From contig OZ220691.1 of assembly GCA_965116475.1 (NCBI GenBank), positions 2,912,001 to 2,976,000 on the forward strand: 64,000 bases of DNA, read 5' to 3'. This document shows positions 7,692 to 18,832 of the stretch, piece by piece; positions within the stretch are counted from its first letter, which is position 1, and each line of letters begins with the position of its first letter. The notes beneath the pieces are model-generated. The model had not been told where the DNA came from and did no database searches. It was given only the letters and a program-made list of their open reading frames with translations. Position numbers and translations under genes: made by a program. This DNA is from Gemmatimonadota bacterium (lineage in GTDB: Bacteria; Gemmatimonadota; Gemmatimonadetes; Palauibacterales; Palauibacteraceae).

Positions 7692-10145
7692 GTGTTCGAG
7701 TTCCTCTTCAAATACAGGCCCGTCGTGTTCGAACGCGGCGATCTCTCCCTGGCCGCCCCCTGGTGGGCGGTGGTCCTCGTCCTCCTCGGAGTCGGCGCCG
7801 TCGTCTGGTTCGCGCTCGAATACCGCCGCGTCGGGCCCACGGTGGAGGCGCGCGACCGGTGGGTGATGATGGGGCTGCGGGCGACCGCGCTGGGCGTCCT
7901 CGCCTTCCTCCTGATGCGGCCCGTTCTCCTCGTCTCGACGGTCGTCCCGCGGCGGAACTTCGTGGCGGTCCTCCTCGATGACTCGCGCAGCATGCGCGTG
8001 GCGGATGAGAACGGAGAGACGCGCGCGCAACGGATGCTCGACCTGTTCGGCGGGGAAGATGAGGATCCGGCGGGCGGAACGGGCGATCCGGGGGCCGATC
8101 CGCCGCCAGATCCCCTGGCCGCCGACCCCGGCGTATCGGGTTCCGCCGCCATGGACCCCGCGGCCGCGGAACCCGCCGACGGTCAGGCGTTCGCGACGCA
8201 GCGGGGCGAAGGCGCGCTCCGGCAGGCGCTTGAGGACCGCTTCCGCCTGCGCATGTACGGGTTCGACTCCGACGCGGACCGGATCGACGGGGCCGGCGAG
8301 ATGGCCTTCACGGGCCCCCGCACGAACCTCGCCGCGGGCCTCACGCGCGTGCAGCAGGAGATGGCCGGGCTCCCGCTCTCGGGCATCGTCATCGTCACCG
8401 ACGGCGCGGACAACGACGACGAGGCGACCCCGCCCCTGTCGGAGGCGCTGCTGTCGGCACGCGCCGCCGGTATCCCCGTGTACACGATCGGGATGGGTTC
8501 GGAGCGCATCGCCCCCGATGTCGAGGTGCGTCGCGTGGAGGTGCCCCGCGCGGCGCTCGAGGGGACCACGATCGTGGCGGATGTCATCGTCTCCCACGCG
8601 GGACTGGCCGGACGCACGGTGCGGCTCGACGTGGAGGACGAGGGGCGCATCGTGGGCACGCGCGATCTCACGCTCGGGCCGGACGGCGAGGAAGCCGTGC
8701 AACTCCAGTTCACGCTGGAGGAGCCGGGGCCCCGCGCGATCCGTTTCTTCGTGGACCCGCAGGAGGGAGAGGCGCTGACCGGCAACAACGAGCGCCAGGT
8801 CCTCGTGGAGGTCGGCGACACGCGCCGCAAGATCCTCTATTTCGAGGGCTCGCCGCGGCCGGAGAACAAGTTCGTGCGCCGCGCGGTGGCGGACGACGAG
8901 AACCTGCACGTCGTCACGCTCCTGAGGACGGCCGACGAGAAGTACCTGCGGCTCGACGTGGAAGGGCCGGGCGAACTCGCCGGCGGGTTCCCGGACACGC
9001 GCGAGCAGTTGTACGAGTACGACGGGCTGATCCTGGGGAGCGTGGAGGCGAGCTTCTTCACGCACGACCAGTTGCAGATGATGGCGGATTTCGTGGGACA
9101 GCGCGGGGGCGGACTCCTCGTGCTGGGCGGGCGGCGGTCGCTGGGGGAGGGCGGCTACACGGGGACGCCGCTGGCCGACGCCCTGCCGGTGGTGCTCGGG
9201 GGAGCCGGCGAGCCGGACGTGCTCGAGGTATCGGCGGAACTCACCCCGGCCGGCCGCCGGCACGCGGCGATGAGGATCGCGGAGGCCGCCGAATCTTCCG
9301 CCGAACGCTGGACGGAGCTTCCGCCCCTCACCTCCGTGAACCGGGTGTTCGAGCTGAAACCGGGCGCCGTCGACCTCCTCCGGGGCGTGCCCGCCGAGGG
9401 CCAGCCGCGCATGCTCCTCGCGCACCAGCGGTACGGACGCGGGACGTCGATCGTGTTCGCCGCCCAGGACTCGTGGCTGTGGCAGATGCACGCGGACATC
9501 CCCCTGGAGGACGAGACGCACGAGACGCTGTGGCGGCAGCTCCTCCGCTGGCTCGTGCACGATACGCCGGGGCGCGTCCGTCTCGACTCGGGCGAGGATG
9601 TGGTCCCGATCGGGGAGCCGCTGCGCATCCGGGCCGAGGTGGAGGACGAACGGTACCTGCGCGTCAACGGGGCGGACGTCGTCGCCACGGTGACGGGGCC
9701 GGGGGGCGTCGCGTCGGAGGTTCGGCTCGACTGGACGGTCGAGCGCGATGGCGAGTACGAGGGACGTTTCGTGCCGCCGGAGCGGGGGCTGTACAGCGTG
9801 CAGGTCCGCGCGGCAGGAGCCCGGATCGGGGGCGTCGGGGCCGGGGCCGAGACGAGCCGCGACGTCGCGGAAGGAGCCAGTTTCTTCCAGGCGGGGACAC
9901 CCCGGATCGAGGAATTCGGCGCGGGCCGCCGCACGGAACTGCTGCGCCGGATCGCCGATGAGACGGGGGGCCGGTTCTACACGGCGGATGACGCGGAGGT
10001 GCTGGCCGACGAGATCCGCTACACGGAGAGCGGCGACACCGTGTACGAGGAGCGCTCGCTGTGGGACATGCCGATCCTCTTCCTCCTCCTGGCGGGATTA
10101 CTGGGCGGGGAATGGGCGTACCGCCGGCGCAAGGACCTCGCGTGA
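7692..10145 (+). CDS. Membrane protein with vWA, Ig-like and glutamine-amidotransferase-like domains
   Basis: N-terminal TMs, LLDDSRSM MIDAS, VIVTDGADN, GGGLLVLGG, YGRGTS...WLWQM, C-terminal TM ending EWAYRRRKDLA. Confidence 0.75.
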   Translation: MFEFLFKYRPVVFERGDLSLAAPWWAVVLVLLGVGAVVWFALEYRRVGPTVEARDRWVMMGLRATALGVLAFLLMRPVLLVSTVVPRRNFVAVLLDDSRSMRVADENGETRAQRMLDLFGGEDEDPAGGTGDPGADPPPDPLAADPGVSGSAAMDPAAAEPADGQAFATQRGEGALRQALEDRFRLRMYGFDSDADRIDGAGEMAFTGPRTNLAAGLTRVQQEMAGLPLSGIVIVTDGADNDDEATPPLSEALLSARAAGIPVYTIGMGSERIAPDVEVRRVEVPRAALEGTTIVADVIVSHAGLAGRTVRLDVEDEGRIVGTRDLTLGPDGEEAVQLQFTLEEPGPRAIRFFVDPQEGEALTGNNERQVLVEVGDTRRKILYFEGSPRPENKFVRRAVADDENLHVVTLLRTADEKYLRLDVEGPGELAGGFPDTREQLYEYDGLILGSVEASFFTHDQLQMMADFVGQRGGGLLVLGGRRSLGEGGYTGTPLADALPVVLGGAGEPDVLEVSAELTPAGRRHAAMRIAEAAESSAERWTELPPLTSVNRVFELKPGAVDLLRGVPAEGQPRMLLAHQRYGRGTSIVFAAQDSWLWQMHADIPLEDETHETLWRQLLRWLVHDTPGRVRLDSGEDVVPIGEPLRIRAEVEDERYLRVNGADVVATVTGPGGVASEVRLDWTVERDGEYEGRFVPPERGLYSVQVRAAGARIGGVGAGAETSRDVAEGASFFQAGTPRIEEFGAGRRTELLRRIADETGGRFYTADDAEVLADEIRYTESGDTVYEERSLWDMPILFLLLAGLLGGEWAYRRRKDLA

Positions 10146-11188
10146 CGCAGGTCGCCCGAGCCGCCGCGCTCACGGTCGCCCTGATCCCCGCCGCCCTTTC
10201 GGGCTTCGGGGTCGCGGGGCTCTCGGCCACGGCCCAGGCGGCGCCCGTCGCGCCGCGGACCCACGTGCTCATCGTCACCGGCCTCGGGGGCGCGCCGGAA
10301 TACTCCGAGCAGTTCCAGGCGGAGGCCGAGGCGCTGCTCGACGCGCTCGACAACCGGCTCGGCGTGCGCGAGACGGTCGCGTGGCTCGCGGAGGACGAGG
10401 CGCTGTCCCCTCGCGTCGCGGGCCGGGCCACCGTGGAAGCGGTCGAGCGGGAAGTGCTCGCCATGGCGAGCCGCGCGGGGCCTTCGGACGTCGCGCTCAT
10501 CCTGCTGCTCGGCCACGGGAGCGGCCGCGGCGAGGAATCGCGCTTCAGCCTGCCCGGCCCCGACCTGTCGGGGGAGGCGCTCTCGATGTGGCTGCATGCG
10601 TTCCCGACCCAGACCGTGGCGGTGGTGAACGCGGCGAGCGCCAGCGGCGGGTTCGTGCCCGCGGTCGCCGGCGAACGGCGCATCGTCGTGACGGCCACGC
10701 GCTCCCCGCGCGAACGGGAGCGGACCCACTTCGGCGGCTTCTTCGTCGATGCCTTCGCGCTCGACGAGGCCGACGTGGACAAGGATGAGCGCGTGTCGCT
10801 GCTCGAGGCGTTCAGCTACGCGACCGGCGAGGTCCGCCGCCGGTACGAGCGGGACAACGAGATGCTCACCGAGCACGCCCTGCTGGACGACGACGGGGAC
10901 GGCGAGGGATCGCTCGAGCCGAGTCCGGATGGACCCGACGGGGCGCTCGCCAACCGGTTCTTCCTCGCCCAGGCGCCGGCCGCGCTGGCGGGGGCGGCGG
11001 CGGACGACCCGGCCGTGGCCGCGCTCCTCGTGCGGAAGCGCGAGGTGGAGGACGGGATCGCCGCGCTCCGCGCGCGCCGCGACGAGATGGAGGAGGAGGC
11101 ATACGACGCGCAGCTCGAGACGCTCCTCGTCGAACTCGCCCGCCTCAACCGCGCCATCCGCGAGGGCGGGAGCGTCCCGTGCGCCTGA
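10142..11188 (+). CDS. Secreted caspase/legumain (C13-like) fold protein
   Basis: Signal peptide; LILLLGHGS and NAASASGGF, RRIVVTAT resemble C13 motifs; DxDxD-type Ca-binding loops; GTGA overlap with upstream gene. Confidence 0.6.
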   Translation: MTQVARAAALTVALIPAALSGFGVAGLSATAQAAPVAPRTHVLIVTGLGGAPEYSEQFQAEAEALLDALDNRLGVRETVAWLAEDEALSPRVAGRATVEAVEREVLAMASRAGPSDVALILLLGHGSGRGEESRFSLPGPDLSGEALSMWLHAFPTQTVAVVNAASASGGFVPAVAGERRIVVTATRSPRERERTHFGGFFVDAFALDEADVDKDERVSLLEAFSYATGEVRRRYERDNEMLTEHALLDDDGDGEGSLEPSPDGPDGALANRFFLAQAPAALAGAAADDPAVAALLVRKREVEDGIAALRARRDEMEEEAYDAQLETLLVELARLNRAIREGGSVPCA

Positions 11189-13863
11189 TCCGGCGACCGC
11201 CCGTCCGTCCGGCGGCGCCCCCGCCGCGGTTCGCGCTGCCGGCGCTCGCGCTGGCGCTCGTGCTCGTGGCGCCGCCGTCGGCGCGCGCGCAGGAGCGCGC
11301 GGCGGCGGACGGGGACGGCGGACCGCTGGCCGCGGCGCTCGAGGCGCACCAGACCGGCGACTACGGGCAGGCGGTCGCCGCGTACCGGTCGGCGGCCCGC
11401 GCCGGGCGCGCGTTCCCGGCCGCCGCGCGCGGGTGGGCGCGCGCGCTCGCCGCGACCGGCGAGTACGAATCCGCCCTCGACGCGCTCGACCGGGCCGCCG
11501 CGCGCGCTCCGGACGGGGCGGACGCGGACGCCGAACTCGCCCGTGCGCGCGGCCGTCTGCTGTACGCGCTCGGGCGCCTCGACGAGGCCGAAGCGCACTT
11601 CCGCCGCGCCATCGAGGGCCGGGTCGGCGACGCGCAACTCGCGCGGCTCGACCTGGGCCGCCTCCTCTTCGACCGCGGCGCCCGAGAGGAAGCCCTCGCC
11701 CTGTTCGACGGATTCATCGACTTCTACAACCGTTCCCGCCGCCTCGAGCCTGCGGAGCTGCGCGCCGTCGGCGCCGCGCTCACGTACCTCGGGGCCCGCG
11801 ACCCCGACCTCTTCCACGACGCCGTGCGCGCCTTCGAGGAAGCCATCGAAGCGGACCCCGGCGACCCCGAGCCGCGCATCGACCTCGGTCTCCTCTTCCT
11901 CGACAAGTACGACAGCTTCGAGGCCGGGCCGCTGATCGATGAGGCGCTGGCCCGGAACCCGGCCCACGCGCGCGCGCTGCTCGCGAAGGCGCGCCGCGCG
12001 AAGTTCGACGGCTCCTCCGAGGCGCTCGAACTCGCCGAGCGGGCGCTGGAGACGAACCCCCGCCTCACCGAAGCCCGGGCATTCCTGGCACGGCTCTACC
12101 TCGAACTCGAGGACGTGGACCAGGCCGAAGCGGAAGCCCGGCGCGCATTGGAGACGAACCCCGTCGCCCTCTCCGCGTGGACCGAGATCGCGGCCGCCGC
12201 CCACTTGCGGGGGGACGCGGCCGCCTTCGCGGCGGCGCGCGACCGCGTGCTGGGGCTGGATCCGCGGCACGCCGGACTCTACGTCGCCCTCGCGCAGGTC
12301 GCCTACCGCACCCACCGGTACGCCGATGCGGTCGAGTTCGCGCGGCAGGCCGTGGCCCTCGATCCCCTGTCCTGGCCCGGCATGGCCGAACTCGGGCTCA
12401 ACCAGCTCCGCGTGGGCGACCTGGAAGCGGGGCAAGCCACGCTCGAGGCCTCCTTCGAGGGCGACCCCTTTAATGTCTGGGTGTTCAACACGCTCGATCT
12501 TCTCGAGGATCTGTCCGGGTTCGAGACGGTGGAGAGTCCCCGCTTCATCTTCTCGATGCACCCGAAGGAAGCCGGCGCCCTCTCCATCTACGCCACGGCG
12601 CTCGCCGAGGAAGCGTTCGACGCCATGCGCGCCCGCTACGGATATGAGCCGCCGACGCCGATCTCGGTCGAGGTCTACGATCGGCACGCGGACTTCTCCG
12701 TGCGCACGGTCGGACTCGCCGGCATCGGCGCACTCGGCGTGAGCTTCGGCTCCGTCCTCGCCATGGACTCCCCGGGCGCCCGCCCCGGCGGCGCCTTCAA
12801 CTGGGGCTCGACGCTGTGGCACGAGATCTCGCACGCCTTCACGCTCGGCTACACCGAGCACCGCATCCCCCGCTGGCTCTCCGAGGGGCTCGCGGTCCTC
12901 GACGAGCGGCACGCGCGCGAGGGGTGGGGATCCGACGTGGACCCCGGTTTCCTCGCCGCCTTCCGCGACGAGCGGCTGCCCTCGCTCGAGCGTTTCAACT
13001 ACGGCTTCGTGCGGCCCGCCTACCCCGGGCAGGTGCAGCACGCCTACTACATGGCCTCCCTCCTGTGCGAGATGATCGAGACGACGCGCGGCTTCGACGC
13101 CGTGCTCGCCATGCTCGCGGGATACCGCGACGGGCTGGAGACGCCGGAGGTCGTGGAACGGGCCCTGGGGACGACGCTCCCGGCGCTCGACCGGGAGTTG
13201 CGGGACTACATCGAGACGCGCTTCGGTCCGACGCTGAAGGCGCTGGGCGACCCCGAGGCCGGGGGGCCGCCCGGCCCGGACACCTTCGCCGGACTGCTCA
13301 TGGCGGCGGCGGAGGCACGGCGCGCGGGCCGCACGGAGGAGGCGATGCGGGCGCTGGAGAGGGCGCACGAGGTGTTTCCCGAGTACGCGGGAGCCGACGC
13401 GCCGATCCTCGTTCTGGGGCACCTCCGCCGCGAAGCCGGCGACTTCGCGGGCGCCGCCGAGGCCTACCGGACGTACATCGCCCTCAACGAGAACCACTTC
13501 GAGACGCACCTCGCCCTCGCCGACCTCGAGCAGGCGCTCGGCAACGACGGGGCCGCCCGCGAGGCGCTGGAACGCGCGATCTGGATCGACCCCTTCCACC
13601 TGGACGTGCACGCGCGGCTCGCCGCCAGCCACGAGGCGGCCGAGGCGTGGCCCGAGGCGGTCCGCGAGCGGCGGGCGCTGCTGGCGCTGGCGCCGGCGGA
13701 TCCGGCGGAAGCCCACTACCGGCTCGCCCTCGCGCTGCACCGGGGCGGGGACGCGCGCGGCGCCCGGAGCGCCGTCCTCGACGCTCTGGAAATCGCGCCC
13801 AACTTCGAGGCGGCGCTCGATCTACTGCTCGAGATCCGCGGCGACCCGGAGGGCCGGCGATGA
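11179..13863 (+). CDS. TPR-repeat protein with zinc metallopeptidase (MA-like) domain
   Basis: Signal peptide, many TPRs, LWHEISHAF...PRWLSEGLA (HExxH...E). Confidence 0.85.
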   Translation: MRLIRRPPVRPAAPPPRFALPALALALVLVAPPSARAQERAAADGDGGPLAAALEAHQTGDYGQAVAAYRSAARAGRAFPAAARGWARALAATGEYESALDALDRAAARAPDGADADAELARARGRLLYALGRLDEAEAHFRRAIEGRVGDAQLARLDLGRLLFDRGAREEALALFDGFIDFYNRSRRLEPAELRAVGAALTYLGARDPDLFHDAVRAFEEAIEADPGDPEPRIDLGLLFLDKYDSFEAGPLIDEALARNPAHARALLAKARRAKFDGSSEALELAERALETNPRLTEARAFLARLYLELEDVDQAEAEARRALETNPVALSAWTEIAAAAHLRGDAAAFAAARDRVLGLDPRHAGLYVALAQVAYRTHRYADAVEFARQAVALDPLSWPGMAELGLNQLRVGDLEAGQATLEASFEGDPFNVWVFNTLDLLEDLSGFETVESPRFIFSMHPKEAGALSIYATALAEEAFDAMRARYGYEPPTPISVEVYDRHADFSVRTVGLAGIGALGVSFGSVLAMDSPGARPGGAFNWGSTLWHEISHAFTLGYTEHRIPRWLSEGLAVLDERHAREGWGSDVDPGFLAAFRDERLPSLERFNYGFVRPAYPGQVQHAYYMASLLCEMIETTRGFDAVLAMLAGYRDGLETPEVVERALGTTLPALDRELRDYIETRFGPTLKALGDPEAGGPPGPDTFAGLLMAAAEARRAGRTEEAMRALERAHEVFPEYAGADAPILVLGHLRREAGDFAGAAEAYRTYIALNENHFETHLALADLEQALGNDGAAREALERAIWIDPFHLDVHARLAASHEAAEAWPEAVRERRALLALAPADPAEAHYRLALALHRGGDARGARSAVLDALEIAPNFEAALDLLLEIRGDPEGRR

Positions 13864-14645
13864 CCGCCCGGTCTCTCGCGACCGCCGGCCTGGCCGCGCT
13901 GCTCACGCTGCTTGCCGCCACCGACCTCGAGGGCCAGCGCCGGCGCGGACGCGGAGGCGGCGGGTTCGGCGACGACCTCGCCTCCTACCAGGAGTACAAT
14001 ACGCCCTACACCGGCGAGTTCACCTTCGTCCGCCTCTACTACCGCGGCGGGTGGGGCTGGAACCCCGGGTGGTCGCACGACTGGCCCGTGGCCGAGCGCA
14101 ACTTCGCCGAGATCATGGACGCGCTCACCACCATCGGCCCGCGCCGCGGGGGCGGCAACGTGCTCGCCATGGACGACCCGGACCTGTTCAAGTTCCCCAT
14201 CGCGTACCTCTCGGAACCCGGCGGCTGGACGATGAACCAGGGGGAGGCCGACAACCTGGGCAACTATCTGCGCAAGGGCGGGTTCCTCATCATCGACGAC
14301 ATGGGCGGCCGGCGGGACCTGGAGAGGACGAGGCAGGGGCTCCACATCCTGCTCCCGGGGCTCGCACTCGTGCGACTCGACGACAGCCACCCGATCTTCG
14401 ACTCGTTCTTCCACCTGGAGCAGGAGAACATCGAGATGCCGCACCCCTACCGGGGCGGCGTGGCGAGCTACTGGGGCGTCTTCGAGGACAACGACCCCGA
14501 GGGCCGGCTTATGGTCATCGTGAATCACGACAACGACATTGGCGACTACATGGAGTGGTCGGACCGGGGGTTCGTCCCCATCGCCCTCTCCAACGAAGCG
14601 TACAAGCTGGGCGTCAACTACGTGGTATACGCCCTCACACACTGA
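13860..14645 (+). CDS. DUF4159 domain protein
   Basis: FTFVRLYY, WSHDWP.AERN, LFKFPIAYLSEPG, YLRKGGFLIIDD, HPIFDSFF, GVNYVVYALTH; ATGA overlap. Confidence 0.85.
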   Translation: MTARSLATAGLAALLTLLAATDLEGQRRRGRGGGGFGDDLASYQEYNTPYTGEFTFVRLYYRGGWGWNPGWSHDWPVAERNFAEIMDALTTIGPRRGGGNVLAMDDPDLFKFPIAYLSEPGGWTMNQGEADNLGNYLRKGGFLIIDDMGGRRDLERTRQGLHILLPGLALVRLDDSHPIFDSFFHLEQENIEMPHPYRGGVASYWGVFEDNDPEGRLMVIVNHDNDIGDYMEWSDRGFVPIALSNEAYKLGVNYVVYALTH

Positions 14646-14700
14646 GCAGACGCACCGAGCCGACACACTGAACCCATCACCGAACCCGGAAGGAGCCGGC

Positions 14701-15789
<1,089 letters not shown>

Positions 15790-15804
15790 GGGGCGGGCCG
15801 GATC

Positions 15805-16731
15805 ATGCGGGCGCGCATCGCCTCGAGGACGGTACCGGGGACGCAGTTCCTCGATCCGACGGTGCTCACCCGGATCGGGAACCTCGAACTCGTGGCGCGC
15901 TCGGTGGTGGAGGGGTTCATCGCCGGGGCGCACGGGTCGCCCTTCCTCGGACTGTCGCTCGACTTCGCCGCGCACCGCCAGTACCTGCCGGGCGACGATA
16001 TCCGCAAGATCGACTGGAAGGTGTACGGACGCACCGACCGCCACTACATCAAGGAATACGAGGCCGAGACCAACGCGAACATCTTCTTCGCGGTGGACGC
16101 TTCCCGTTCCATGGATTACGGCTCGCGCGGGATCACGAAGCTCGACTATGCCCGCTACCTGACGGCCTGTCTCGCCTATCTCTCCGCGAGCCAGCGCGAC
16201 CGCGTGGGCGCGGCGATCTTCGATGAAAAGCTGCTCGAGTACATCCCTCCCTCGGTCCGGCACCGGCGCCTGATCCTGGCGGCGCTCGACCGCGTCCAGG
16301 CCGAGACGGCGGGCGACCTCACGCGGCCCCTCACGCAGGTGGCCGAGAGCCTGACCCGGAAGGGGATCGTCGTCCTCGTCTCCGACCTCTACTCGGAACC
16401 GAAGACGGTCCTCGACTCGGTCGGGGCGCTCCGCAGCAAGGGGCAGGACGTGATCGTGTTCCAGATCCTGGACCCCGCCGAGGTCGACTTCCCGTTCGAG
16501 GCGGCGCGGTCGTTCGAGGACCTGGAGACGGGTGAACGGCTCCCGGTGACTCCCGACGTCATGCGCGAGGAGTACCTCTCGCTGGTGAAGGGGCATGTGG
16601 GCGAGATCTCGAAGCGGATGATCGAGCGCGCGATCGATCACGAACTCGTCGTCACGTCGACGCCGCTCGACGCCGTGCTCTTCCGCTACCTGTCGCACCG
16701 GTCGCGGCGCATGAAGGGCAAGGACCGATGA
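15805..16731 (+). CDS. DUF58 domain protein
   Basis: G.H.S...G.S.DFA.HRQYLPGDDIRKIDWK..GRTD; VDASRSM; VLVSDL. Confidence 0.92.
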   Translation: MRARIASRTVPGTQFLDPTVLTRIGNLELVARSVVEGFIAGAHGSPFLGLSLDFAAHRQYLPGDDIRKIDWKVYGRTDRHYIKEYEAETNANIFFAVDASRSMDYGSRGITKLDYARYLTACLAYLSASQRDRVGAAIFDEKLLEYIPPSVRHRRLILAALDRVQAETAGDLTRPLTQVAESLTRKGIVVLVSDLYSEPKTVLDSVGALRSKGQDVIVFQILDPAEVDFPFEAARSFEDLETGERLPVTPDVMREEYLSLVKGHVGEISKRMIERAIDHELVVTSTPLDAVLFRYLSHRSRRMKGKDR

Positions 16732-18824
16732 GTTTCCTCGCTCCTTGGTTCCTGGCCGGGCTCGGGCTCCTCTCGATCCCGATCATCATCCACCTCACGC
16801 ATCGCCAGCGCAGCCGGGTGACGGTGTTCCCGTCGCTGATGTTCCTCCGGAAGCTGCCCTTCAAGGCGATGAATCGGCGCCGGATCCGGCATCCGCTGCT
16901 CTTCGCCCTGCGCAGCCTCGCGGTCATCCTTCTCGCGCTCGCCTTCTCCCGGCCGTTCTTCGACTCGGTGGCGGAGGTGGAGGCCGGTTCGGCCCGCGAC
17001 GTCGTCATCCTCCTCGACGTGTCGGCGAGCCTGGGCTACGAGGGGCGCTGGGAGGCGGCGCTCGACTCCGCGCGCTCCGTCATCGACGGTCTCGGGGAGG
17101 GGGATCGCGTCGCGGTGGCGACGTTCGACGAGCGGGCGCGGGAGCGGGTGCCGCTGACGCTCGACCTCGTCGCGGCGCGGGAGGCGCTCGCGGAGCTGTC
17201 GACGACCGACCTGGGGACGCGGCTCGAAGCGGGGATCCAGCTCGCGGGGCGGATCCTCGCGGAGTCCGAGGGCCGGACCCGGGAGGTGGCGCTCGTCTCG
17301 GACTTCCAGCGTACGGGGTGGGAGGACGGCGGCAGGGTGCGGCTTCCCGACGGGGTCTCGTTGCGGACGGCGAGCGTCGCGCCGGAGGAGGCAGCGAATG
17401 TGGCGCTGGCGGAGGCGGCGGTGCGGGCCGCGGACGACGGGCGCGTGCGGCTCCTGGCCCGGCTCGCGAACATGGGCGAGGCGCCGGTGGAGCGCCTCCC
17501 GGTGTCGCTGGAGATCGCCGGACGGACGGTGGCGACGGTCCCGGTGGACATGCCACCGCGCGGCGTCGGCACGGCGGTGTTCGACGACCTCGCCCTTCCG
17601 GAGGGACGAAGCCGCGGGCGCCTCACGGTCCCGGGGGACGGGCTGGCCATCGACAACGAGTTCCGCTTCATGGCGGCGCCCGAGGCGGGCCTGCGCACGC
17701 TCATCCTGGAGAACAACCGCAGGGTGTCGGACGGGAGCCTCTTTCTCGAGCGCGCCCTAGGCATCGGCGACGCCCCCCGCATCGAGACATCGCGGACGCC
17801 GGCCGCGGGTCTCGACGCCGCCGCGCTCTCGTCGGCGGACTTCGCGATTCTCAACGACGCGGACCTCGCCGACGCGGGCCGGGCCGGCCGGCTGCGCGAG
17901 TGGGTGAGCGAAGGCGGGGGCCTGCTCATCGTGCTCGGGCGGGATGCGAGCATGAATCGATGGTCCGACGCCGGACTGGAACTGCTCGGCTCCGGGCCGG
18001 GCTCCCTCGTGGATGCCGCGGATGGGCGCCGGCTGTCGTGGCTCGACTACGACCACCCGGTGTTCGAGGTGTTCTCGGGTCCCCGCAGCGGGGACTTCTC
18101 GGGCGCGCGCTTCGACCGGCTGTGGAGACTCGATCCCGCCGAGGGCACGGCGGTGGTGGCGCGCTACGACAGCGGGGAACCCGCCCTGCTCGAACATTCG
18201 GTGGGCGAGGGGCGCGTGCTGGTCTGGACGTCGACCCTCGACCGATACTGGAACGATCTCGCGCTGCAGCCCGTCTTCCTGCCCTTCGTGCACCGGCTGG
18301 CGCTGCACGCCACCGGATACCGCGAGCCGGAACGCTGGATCGAGGCCGGAGGCGTGCTCGAACTCACGGCCCTCGTCGGCCCGGGCGGGGCGGGAGGGAC
18401 GGACGCCACGGGGCTCGCCGGGGAAGAGGCCGAGTGGGTCCTTGTGGATCCGGACGGCGACCGGCAGCCGGTGGAGGTCGGAGAAGGGCCGACGTGGATC
18501 GAGTTTCCGCGCGCGGGTTTCTACCAGGTGGCGCTCCGGGACGACGCCGGCCGCGCGACCACCGTGGCGGTGAACCCCCGGATCGCCGAATCTGATCTGG
18601 CGCCGGTGGCGACGGAGCGCGTGGTGGAGGCCGTGGCGGGCGTCGCGCCGGCGGAGGGAGCGGCCGGAGAGAGCGGCGCGGCGGTCGGCGGGGAAACGGT
18701 CCCGCGGCGCGCCGAACTCTGGTGGGTGCTCCTGCTGCTCGCGGCGCTCGTGCTGGGAGTGGAGAGCGTGCTCGCAAACCGCTGGACGCGCCAACGTCCC
18801 GTGTCCGGGCTGGCAGGCGCCTGA
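16728..18824 (+). CDS. BatA-like N-terminal domain plus vWA protein
   Basis: MSFLAPWFL...PIIIHL...FPSLMFL; LLDVSASL; LVSDFQ; C-terminal TM. Confidence 0.85.
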   Translation: MSFLAPWFLAGLGLLSIPIIIHLTHRQRSRVTVFPSLMFLRKLPFKAMNRRRIRHPLLFALRSLAVILLALAFSRPFFDSVAEVEAGSARDVVILLDVSASLGYEGRWEAALDSARSVIDGLGEGDRVAVATFDERARERVPLTLDLVAAREALAELSTTDLGTRLEAGIQLAGRILAESEGRTREVALVSDFQRTGWEDGGRVRLPDGVSLRTASVAPEEAANVALAEAAVRAADDGRVRLLARLANMGEAPVERLPVSLEIAGRTVATVPVDMPPRGVGTAVFDDLALPEGRSRGRLTVPGDGLAIDNEFRFMAAPEAGLRTLILENNRRVSDGSLFLERALGIGDAPRIETSRTPAAGLDAAALSSADFAILNDADLADAGRAGRLREWVSEGGGLLIVLGRDASMNRWSDAGLELLGSGPGSLVDAADGRRLSWLDYDHPVFEVFSGPRSGDFSGARFDRLWRLDPAEGTAVVARYDSGEPALLEHSVGEGRVLVWTSTLDRYWNDLALQPVFLPFVHRLALHATGYREPERWIEAGGVLELTALVGPGGAGGTDATGLAGEEAEWVLVDPDGDRQPVEVGEGPTWIEFPRAGFYQVALRDDAGRATTVAVNPRIAESDLAPVATERVVEAVAGVAPAEGAAGESGAAVGGETVPRRAELWWVLLLLAALVLGVESVLANRWTRQRPVSGLAGA

Positions 18825-18832
18825 GAGGGAGG

